64,000 bases of DNA from Styela clava (lineage: Eukaryota): assembly GCF_964204865.1 (NCBI RefSeq), contig NC_135263.1:13950001-14014000 (forward strand), given 5' to 3'. The notes under the pieces were generated by a model that had not been told where the DNA came from, ran no database searches, and saw only the letters and a list, made by a program, of their open reading frames with translations. Both the position numbers and the translations under genes were made by a program. This document shows, piece after piece, positions 39,971 through 48,007 of this stretch; position 1 is the stretch's first letter; each line of letters starts with the position of its first letter.

Positions 39971-42900
39971 ATGAAATGACGAATAATCAAATTAGTAACA
40001 TGAGAATGTCTTGGCAAAAGCAATGGATGCTTACAATCCATGGGCATATTTGCTCTCCCTATTCTACCACCTACACAAATTAGTCCATCTTCATCGATAT
40101 ATGGATCCAATTTGTAAATTGAACTTCGGCTAAGTTTGTTTCGAATTTTAATTTTGGCTCGATCCAAAATTGCACCAGAAACTGCACAACTTTGCAGCTG
40201 CTCTATTTCCTCTGAAAAATGAATTTGCTGTAAACATCTGATAATTACTTTCTCTGAAATCGACAAATTTTCAACTTCCAAATTATTCGCACAATCAACT
40301 TTTCTCAGCTTGTGACAAAATCGAATACAGTTGGCCACAGCTCGCTTGGCTTTGAACCAAGAAGAAAATATGTCCAGTCTATCAATATCAAAATTATACC
40401 CAACAGTATTTTCTTTTTCAACTGTTATGAACGCTGTTGCCTTTTTCATTTCATGTTTCAACAAGGCATCTGTTTTATTATTTGGTACATAGGAAACTTC
40501 TGGTGGTTCATAAGCTCCTTTACATTGCAAAAACTCAGGACCATTCCACCATTTTGAATCAGCAATTAACTTTTTTACTGATATACCACGACTTGCCAAA
40601 TCACTTGGGTTTTGATTAGATTCAACATGTAACCATTTACTAACATCAGACACATCAAGAATTTGTTGTACCCTATTTGCAACAAATACATGAAATCTTT
40701 TCACTGGATTGTTCACATAACCCAGCACCACCATACTATCAACCCAAAAATATTCCTTAATATTTTCATACCTTAGTTCTTCCCGTAAATATCTGCTCAT
40801 TCGTGCAGAAATTGTAGCTGCTGTCAATTCCATCCTTGGAATGGAAATTTGCTTCAACGGAGCAACACGAGATTTCCCCATGAGCAAGGTGCAGTGTGAA
40901 TCTCCATTTTCATTCACCAATCTGACATATGAACATTGACCATAACCAGACTGACATGCATCTGAGAAATGATGCATTTCAACAACTTTCACTACTCCAA
41001 AATTTGGTGGTTTGATGCATCTGCTAATTGTTAAATTATCAATGCCATGTAAGTCGTCAATCCATGCATTGACTCTTGGTTGTACATTCTCTGGGATAGG
41101 ATCATCCCAATCAATTTTGCTTTTACAAAGTTCCTGCAAAATTTTCTTACCTTCCAATATCACAGGTGACAGAAATCCCATTGGATCAAATATAGAACTC
41201 ACAATTGATAGAAATCCTCTTCTGGTTCGTGGTTGATTTTTCAATTCCGAATGATAGCGAAAAACATCATCATTCACATCCCACAGCATACCTAGAACTC
41301 TCTCAATTGGAAGTGGATCATTATTCAAATCGATTGTTTTTACACTACTAGCCCGATCACATTCAGGAATAGATTCTAGGACTTCTCTCCGATTCGACAC
41401 AAATTTATGCAACTTTAGACCTGCTTTGGCACACAGAGAAGTACTATTTTTAATGAGCAACTTAGCTTCATTAACAGTTTCGAGAGACTGTAAACCATCA
41501 TCCACATAAAAATTATCTCTCACAAAATCAGCTGCTTCTATCCCAAATGCCTTTTCACCATCATCTCCAGCTAATTTCAATCCATACATTGCAACACCTG
41601 GGCTACTACGAGCACCAAATGGATGTCGAGTCATTCTATACTCAGTTAATTCTGATTCGGTGTTACCATTATTCCACCAAAAGAATCTCAACAAATCTCT
41701 GTCTTGTTCTCGTACAACAAACTGATGGAACATACCTTTTATGTCTCCCATTACAGCAATTTCCTCTTTCCGAAATCGGCACAAAATTCCTGTCATTCCA
41801 CTCATAAGATCTGGTCCAGTGAGCAAATGATCATTAATGCATTCTCCTTTATACAAAGCACTCAAATCGAAAACAACTCTGATGGTTTTCTTCTTACTAT
41901 GAAAAACAGCAGTATGTGGCACATAATTAACTTTTCCATCACTAACAACAAGTCTATTTTCTGGCACCCTTTCAGCATAATTTTTTATCATATCTTCCAT
42001 GAATTCCACATATTTACTTTTATACTCTGAATCCTTTTCAAATCGTTTTTTCAATTGCATTACTCGTTTCAATACCATGGGCTTGTTATTCGGTAATTTA
42101 ACTTGGTCACATTTCAATGGTAAAGGCATTTCATACATTCCATTGTCACATTTAATAACATTTTCAGAAAGTATTTTCACAAACCTTTGATCCTCAATTG
42201 ACATATTTTCATGCTTACTTTTGTGATCAACAAAATCTATTTCCATCATCTGATTGAGCTGTTGAGGACTTACAATTTCTTTTACTTTTGTGGAAAATAC
42301 AAATGATGATTTACCATTGCTCTCTAACAGATTTTCCGCTGTGGAACAATCTTGTGTCACTTCGACACGATGAGATATTGAACTTTTATCATCATGTTTG
42401 CCATTTTTGCAAACATTTCCAATTATTCCCCAACCCAATATAGACTTTTGACCATATGGATCATTTTCCCGTCCATGAATTATGTCACGGGGCCTTACCG
42501 CACTAGGAATGTTACTACCAATGAGAATACTGACCTTCAATTTTGAATCATAAGGCATAAGTTTGTCTGCAATTTTCTCCAAATGTTTCCACTGTTTGGC
42601 AACTTCAGGTTTTGGAATTTGTGAAGGGCTCGCAGGTACTTGCTCACGAGTATAAGCTTGTGGAATATCTATCTTTACTTGACGATCCATACTCATCACT
42701 TGTAGTCCTCTGATTCTCTGCGAAGACACCAATGCTCCAGATTTCATCATCGTAGAGAGATTTAACTGTGTCTGTACATCTTTCACATCAAGTTGCTTTT
42801 GCAATTCCTCAGAAACAAAACAACAATTAGATTGATCATCTAATATGCAGTAGCACTGGATTTCCTTAGATGGATTTTTACTATTTCTCACAAATACTGG

Positions 42901-44964
42901 AACAATCATAGAATTATGTTTGCCACCACTTTGACCTTCTATGGTGCAAACTTGAGTACATTTAGAATCACTTTTATCAAGAGTTTTATCCACATGGAGG
43001 GCAGTCAAATGTAACTTATTGCAAATCTTACATGTAACCCTCTGCTTACAAAAATTAACCCTGTGACCTCTATTAGAACCACATCCATAACACAGTCTCT
43101 CTTTCAGAAAAAAGGTCTTCTTGTCCTTTATTGACAATTTACCAAATTCATCACAATCATCTATATGATGACAAACACTACAGAATGGGCATTTGTTCGC
43201 ATTCATATTTTCTACTTTATGAGCATATGCTCTCGCATTCTGTGCACTTCTATAACTGGAAAAAGACTTACTTTTCTTTTCCCTGTCATCATATGACTTC
43301 ACATATTCACGATTTTTGTTCATATGTTCAAGCTCAGGAATATTCTCCTTTTCTGACGCTTCATTTACAAATTTAACAATTTCATCAAAAGGTGGATAGC
43401 TATTTTTTCCATATTTTGATCTCCAATTTTTAACAGTACCACGCCAAGCATCTTGCAAATAGGTTGGTAAACGTTCAATTACTTTTACACTTTCAACAGA
43501 AAAATCAAGTACCTCCAGATCTTTGATCTTATGTTTTGCAACTTTGACTTGGTCAAGGAAATCACCATATCTCTGAATTCCAGCAGCATCACGAAATCTA
43601 ATTCTTGGCCATGATGCCAATTTGTCAAGAAATGCTTTACATATGACACTTTCATTGCCATATCTTGACTTCAATTTTTCCTTTGCTTCTGCATACGCAG
43701 TATCAGACTGTAACAACACAAGATCTTGAATCATTGTTTTAGGATCCCCTGATAAATGTTGACTGAGTAAATTAAGTTTTTGGCGTACATTGGTAGTTTT
43801 AGCTTCAATAAGAGCATCAAAATCAGATTCCCAGGCAGGAAATTTTAATGGATTACCATCAAAAATATCAACTTTGATTTGTGGCAAAGCATATGCATTG
43901 GCTAGCATACTATTTGATATTGCCAACTCTCTCAAACATGCACTTAAATCATTATTTAAATGAGAAACACTATTCATGTTAACTTCAGGAGAAACAAATG
44001 TAGTGTACGCACCTGATGGAGAATGCTGAAAAGCATTTGCATGTTGTGAATTCATACCTAAATTAATATTCTCACATACAATATCATTTGAGTTATCTGC
44101 TCCATGAATTGTTTTCAAACTATGATCCCAATCTGATTTCAAGATCTGTGATTGTTGACTACTTGAATTTGCAATAAAATCTTCTTCATTCAACCCGAAA
44201 GGATTTTCAACTTGCTGGACCTTCTTGCAAACTTGTGCTCTTGCCTTCTTCGACTCGAGTTCCTTCTTGTGCAAGTGCAATTCCAACTGGCTTTGCTGCA
44301 TTAACTTATGCATTTGAAGTTGACTTTCATCAGCCAAAATCTTCATTTTTCTTTGATATTCCAGCTGTAGTGCCTGAAGATTGAGCAACTTCTCTTCTTC
44401 CACGGATTTTACTTTAACTTCGAGTTCCCCAACATCCTTCTGTAAATCATACCATTCTTGCTTACTGTTAAGAGCAATCTTTTCTGATTTACGACTAACA
44501 ATACTAGATGCAGATGTCCGATATGTGGAGCTTCTGGATGAACTTTCATCTCTCTTTTCCATGAGATTATCAACAGTTTCTTCAGCAATCCTAGTCGCAT
44601 CTTTCACTTCTCTGTCCACTTGTTGAATACCCCGAAACAAAGATGTCCTCTCCTTTCTTGACACCATCTCTTCAAGCGCTGACCACATCTCCATTAATTG
44701 CCGTGAAGATGCACGCATTGCAGATGATGCTCTTAGGATATGGCTAACATGCTTTGCTGTTTCGCATAGTTTCACAAGCTTCTGACAAAGTTTAGATACG
44801 CTTTGCCTCTGTTGATCAAACTCTTGTTTCCTATTTTCCACAACTTTCGATGACGGTCTGATCTTTCTCTTTGTAATGTTTACAATATCACCATGTTCCA
44901 TGGATGCTGGCTCAGAAGTTACATGTTTACCTTTTGCAAACCTTTTTCGCGCAGATTTCATCAT
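39967..44964 (-). CDS. BEL/Pao Gag-Pol polyprotein (Gag, aspartic protease, RT, RNase H)
   Basis: Gag FDGNPLKFPAW; three Cys/His knuckles (CPFC..CHHIDDC, CYGC..GH...C, CKICNKLHLTALH); protease ILDDQSN; RT FYVDDGL; Pao RNase H HHFSDAC..IPRMEL..VDSMVVL..NPSDLASRG. Confidence 0.95.
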   Translation of the reverse strand: MMKSARKRFAKGKHVTSEPASMEHGDIVNITKRKIRPSSKVVENRKQEFDQQRQSVSKLCQKLVKLCETAKHVSHILRASSAMRASSRQLMEMWSALEEMVSRKERTSLFRGIQQVDREVKDATRIAEETVDNLMEKRDESSSRSSTYRTSASSIVSRKSEKIALNSKQEWYDLQKDVGELEVKVKSVEEEKLLNLQALQLEYQRKMKILADESQLQMHKLMQQSQLELHLHKKELESKKARAQVCKKVQQVENPFGLNEEDFIANSSSQQSQILKSDWDHSLKTIHGADNSNDIVCENINLGMNSQHANAFQHSPSGAYTTFVSPEVNMNSVSHLNNDLSACLRELAISNSMLANAYALPQIKVDIFDGNPLKFPAWESDFDALIEAKTTNVRQKLNLLSQHLSGDPKTMIQDLVLLQSDTAYAEAKEKLKSRYGNESVICKAFLDKLASWPRIRFRDAAGIQRYGDFLDQVKVAKHKIKDLEVLDFSVESVKVIERLPTYLQDAWRGTVKNWRSKYGKNSYPPFDEIVKFVNEASEKENIPELEHMNKNREYVKSYDDREKKSKSFSSYRSAQNARAYAHKVENMNANKCPFCSVCHHIDDCDEFGKLSIKDKKTFFLKERLCYGCGSNRGHRVNFCKQRVTCKICNKLHLTALHVDKTLDKSDSKCTQVCTIEGQSGGKHNSMIVPVFVRNSKNPSKEIQCYCILDDQSNCCFVSEELQKQLDVKDVQTQLNLSTMMKSGALVSSQRIRGLQVMSMDRQVKIDIPQAYTREQVPASPSQIPKPEVAKQWKHLEKIADKLMPYDSKLKVSILIGSNIPSAVRPRDIIHGRENDPYGQKSILGWGIIGNVCKNGKHDDKSSISHRVEVTQDCSTAENLLESNGKSSFVFSTKVKEIVSPQQLNQMMEIDFVDHKSKHENMSIEDQRFVKILSENVIKCDNGMYEMPLPLKCDQVKLPNNKPMVLKRVMQLKKRFEKDSEYKSKYVEFMEDMIKNYAERVPENRLVVSDGKVNYVPHTAVFHSKKKTIRVVFDLSALYKGECINDHLLTGPDLMSGMTGILCRFRKEEIAVMGDIKGMFHQFVVREQDRDLLRFFWWNNGNTESELTEYRMTRHPFGARSSPGVAMYGLKLAGDDGEKAFGIEAADFVRDNFYVDDGLQSLETVNEAKLLIKNSTSLCAKAGLKLHKFVSNRREVLESIPECDRASSVKTIDLNNDPLPIERVLGMLWDVNDDVFRYHSELKNQPRTRRGFLSIVSSIFDPMGFLSPVILEGKKILQELCKSKIDWDDPIPENVQPRVNAWIDDLHGIDNLTISRCIKPPNFGVVKVVEMHHFSDACQSGYGQCSYVRLVNENGDSHCTLLMGKSRVAPLKQISIPRMELTAATISARMSRYLREELRYENIKEYFWVDSMVVLGYVNNPVKRFHVFVANRVQQILDVSDVSKWLHVESNQNPSDLASRGISVKKLIADSKWWNGPEFLQCKGAYEPPEVSYVPNNKTDALLKHEMKKATAFITVEKENTVGYNFDIDRLDIFSSWFKAKRAVANCIRFCHKLRKVDCANNLEVENLSISEKVIIRCLQQIHFSEEIEQLQSCAVSGAILDRAKIKIRNKLSRSSIYKLDPYIDEDGLICVGGRIGRANMPMDCKHPLLLPRHSHVTNLIIRHFI

Positions 44965-45137
44965 GAAATAAATCTGTTTACACTGTCACCCAAACGGAAA
45001 GCAACACTGTTGCCAGTCAGTTACTGTAAACTCCTGGAAGTTAAATGACTAGGGAAACTCTTCAGCTTTTATCAGTGCTGTCACCACTGATAATCTACTT
45101 TTTCCTTTCACAACAGTACTCAGGCCTCCAAGCTGGA

Positions 45138-45414
45138 ACTTCCACTCTTCTAAAGGCTGATAGACTTTGTCATTTACTGTTACGCCTTTCTACTAAAGGC
45201 TGGAAGATATGTTGTCAATTACTTCCACTCTTCTTAATACAACCAAATACTCCAAAGGCTGATAGACTTTGTCATTTACTGCTGTACGGTACTGTTACCG
45301 GGTACGCCTTTCTACTAAAGGCTGGAAGATACCGGTATGTTGTCAATTACTTCCACTCTTCTTAATACAACCAAATACTTCAAAGGCTGACAGACTTTGT
45401 CATTTACTGTTACG
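45138..45414 (-). repeat. Tandem ~100-130 bp repeats in the retrotransposon 5' UTR, each carrying the PBS-position motif
   Basis: AAAGGCTGAYAGACTTTGTCATTTACTG occurs three times, with TTGTCATTTAC at 45167-45177, 45269-45279 and 45397-45407. Shared flanks are TTCCACTCTTC and CCTTTTCTACTAAAGGCTGGAAGATA. Confidence 0.9.
45397..45407 (-). other. Non-tRNA primer-binding site (putative self-priming site) abutting the 5' LTR
   Basis: Element-sense GTAAATGACAA follows the LTR end ...GTAACA with no spacer and no TGG. It is complementary to the LTR-internal TTGTCATTTAC (38493-38483). Confidence 0.65.
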
Positions 45415-46365
45415 GTAGCCAAAGTCCAACTTAGTTCAATAGCCCCGCAAATAGTCTATGACTGCAATGCATTTATACGCGCTCCCAAAACCTGTCTTGC
45501 TGTCTATGATACACTGGAAATATGCAGCTCTGATATTGTTGTTTGAAATGATATTTTAATCCAAGTAAATCCACAGTTCAACAAGAGTATTCAGTTATTA
45601 AATGTAATCCAATAAAGCAACTATACAGGAATTGATTGCGGTAAATTACAATTGTGTCTATCCAACCAATAGTTCTACGATAAACAGATAAAGTAGATGA
45701 GCAAATTTACTATGTGCGCTCCCGGTTTCAGGTTCTTGCCGAAGAGGCCTTACGGTAACTAAGAATACACATCAGTGAACCACTGCCCACTAGCGGTAAT
45801 ACACAGGAGCTAACTTTGAAAGGGGGTACACACAATGGACCTTTCCCCGACCTTTGACCCCCGGAAAATTCTTCCTATACTTTACCATTGCAGAATTTTC
45901 AGGGTTATTTTAGGAGTGCTTTTGCGAGTTGGCGCCTGTAAAATTGGGTATGTGTTTAAAATCATCATTAGGATTCATCGCACACAACAATCTGTTTTTT
46001 AAAAGTACCGGTAAAGAATTTCAGGCTAGTCTATCACAGCTATTTCTACACTAATTTTTATTACTGCAATTAAATTAAAACTCCTAAGAAGACAGAGTGA
46101 TCATTGAATTATCTTATTTTTATTCAAGTTTCCGAAACACAAGTGAAAACTAACGAATAGAGTTCAAAAATGCGAAAACGAGGTCATGTTTACAACCACG
46201 CTTGAAAATCTGTCTGAGTGAGAAAAGTGTCTGAGCGGATGCGAAAAGGGGGCATTGTTACGTCACTTTTTGCATCTTGCTGATTGGCCAACGTCACGGA
46301 ATAAACAAGGAAGTCGATGCTCGGGGAAAGGTCCATACGAAAACTAACTATTGGCCCCAGTAACA
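45408..46365 (-). repeat. 5' LTR (458 bp plus 500-bp insertion)
   Basis: Matches 38250-38707 on both sides of the MITE. Confidence 0.95.
45837..46334. mobile_element. 498-bp non-autonomous DNA transposon with AT TSD (ISL2EU/PIF-Harbinger-like MITE)
   Basis: Perfect 14-bp TIR GGACCTTTCCCCGA / TCGGGGAAAGGTCC. The empty site in the 3' LTR (CACAATACGAAA) shows a 2-bp AT duplication (45835-45836, 46335-46336). Confidence 0.92.
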
Positions 46366-46399
46366 TATGTTGAGCATGTTATGACCATATTATAATTTC

Positions 46400-46463
46400 T
46401 GGATGTTAAACAATGCATATATGGATGTTAAACAATGCATATATGGATGTTAAACAATGCATA
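46400..46463. repeat. 22-bp tandem repeat (about 2.9 copies)
   Basis: TGGATGTTAAACAATGCATATA repeated without spacers. Confidence 0.9.
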
Positions 46464-46765
46464 CACACCGTCATTTGGTTCGCGCCTCTATCTGATTCTC
46501 TGAATATTTCAGTCGCGGTGTAGACAGAAATTGTGAATTGATTGTGGAAGCTGCACAAGCGTGGTCGCCGAGGCGTGACGTTGTTGATTATTATGTAAGA
46601 TCCAAAGTAAATAAATAGGTTTATTATAGTCACTTTGGTAAGATCGACCCGGGTCGAGCTTTCTCTTGCTATTTCTAGCGGATTCATTCGTAGGATTTTT
46701 AGACTACGGTACTTAGGGGTATTTGAGACTATTTTTCATTATATGTCAAGACCAAGTTTGTAAGA

Positions 46766-47371
46766 ATGAAGTTTATGTTATCGCTTTCGTTAGTCATGAT
46801 TTTCGGTTCCAGCATTTTGTTGCCTGACAGCTGCTCGGCATATCCATTTCACGCGCAGTGCAAGTTGCAGTGGTCATGGGCTGGTACGAACTGTTCAGGC
46901 ATTCACGGCGCTTTAAAGCGTCAGGCAAATAAATGGAGCAGTTCGGACAACTGCATACAGGGTGGAGAGAAATGTCTTTACAAGGTTGTCAGTGACGAAG
47001 GTGGACAGTTGAAGTTGACACATTCCACACCGGTAAAAGAGTACGTCGACAGCATTACGTTCACCTTCTGCAGTTCGGGGATAGAGGATTGTGCAAACTC
47101 ATTAGGCGCGACCAATGATGCCGATCGTCCAAAACGCAGCGTCACCGTGATTGAGAAAATACGCTTCATTCCAACTGCTGAAAATAGCTGCACAGTGAGT
47201 GGTTACTCTAAATCCAACGTCTGGTACGCGTTTCTGGACTATGGTACTAACTATTGTAACATGCGAAACCTCGCTGAGGGAGCTGGTCTTGTCTCTCTAC
47301 CGAATTTTAAAGAGGAAACTGACGATAGCATTTGCACTATGTATTCTAGTGCAGACTGTGAAAAGTATTGA
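46766..47371 (+). CDS. Single-exon secreted cysteine-rich protein of unknown function (201 aa)
   Basis: ATG-initiated ORF with a hydrophobic signal peptide and 10 Cys in the predicted mature region. Motifs HAQC, GGEKCLY, H.TP...YVD, WYA.LDYGTNYCN.RNL..G.GL and C..YS.A.C.KY resemble a conserved uncharacterised family of aquatic animals (from memory, unverified). Confidence 0.85.
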   Translation: MKFMLSLSLVMIFGSSILLPDSCSAYPFHAQCKLQWSWAGTNCSGIHGALKRQANKWSSSDNCIQGGEKCLYKVVSDEGGQLKLTHSTPVKEYVDSITFTFCSSGIEDCANSLGATNDADRPKRSVTVIEKIRFIPTAENSCTVSGYSKSNVWYAFLDYGTNYCNMRNLAEGAGLVSLPNFKEETDDSICTMYSSADCEKY

Positions 47372-48007
47372 TACCTTTTGAAGTCTATGGCATAACAGAA
47401 CTCGTGGCAAATCGCAATTTTCAACATAAATAATTTCGAGTATTTTTTGATCGTTCTTTTGAATTTTCAGTATTAGATGATAACGATGCCTGCTCCATTA
47501 CACATTTGTCAAGTTTTCGTCTTCACATACATACCATATATACGCTAGCCTAGTCCTACGTACATATGAAAACCATAAATGAAGAGGATTGAGACGTTCA
47601 TAATTTTGCGACCTTGCAACAAATCCCTAAAAAATGAAATCCCTGTCTATCTCTACATGCTTGAGAAGATGTAGTAAGATTTGAAAGCAAAACATTAAAA
47701 CCAAGGTGGGGTAAAGCTTGTTGGACGTCCACAGAACCGTAATATCTGAGAAAATACTTGTTATGTTAAACTCGTTTTTATTGTCGCGGTAAGATATACG
47801 AATAAAATATTGATAAGAAAAAACTATGAGGCGACGATGTTGGTAATTTTCTGTGTTCATCATAAACAAAATCTTTTGTATTATTCTCCATCCCTCGTGA
47901 AATTTTCATGGTCTGCAGGCGAAGCTGGAACGCGGCAGACTGTTCGTTCAAGTCATGGCGAATAGTCAGTCTTGCTTGCAGTATTATTCCTTCTAATACT
48001 TAAGCTT

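Larger units (their letters stand above)
38250..46365 (-). mobile_element. Full-length BEL/Pao LTR retrotransposon
   Basis: LTRs with TGTTAC...GTAACA ends at 38250-38707 and 45408-46365. 5-bp TSD TATGT at 38245-38249 and 46366-46370. Gag-PR-RT-RH-IN order on the minus strand. G-rich PPT (GGGGAGCCA) immediately before the 3' LTR. Confidence 0.97.

Noticed and set aside
45138-45414. Three ~28-bp repeats with intervening sequence, superficially CRISPR-like
   Set aside because: The intervening sequences are themselves copies of each other, the context is a eukaryotic retrotransposon leader, and there are no cas genes.
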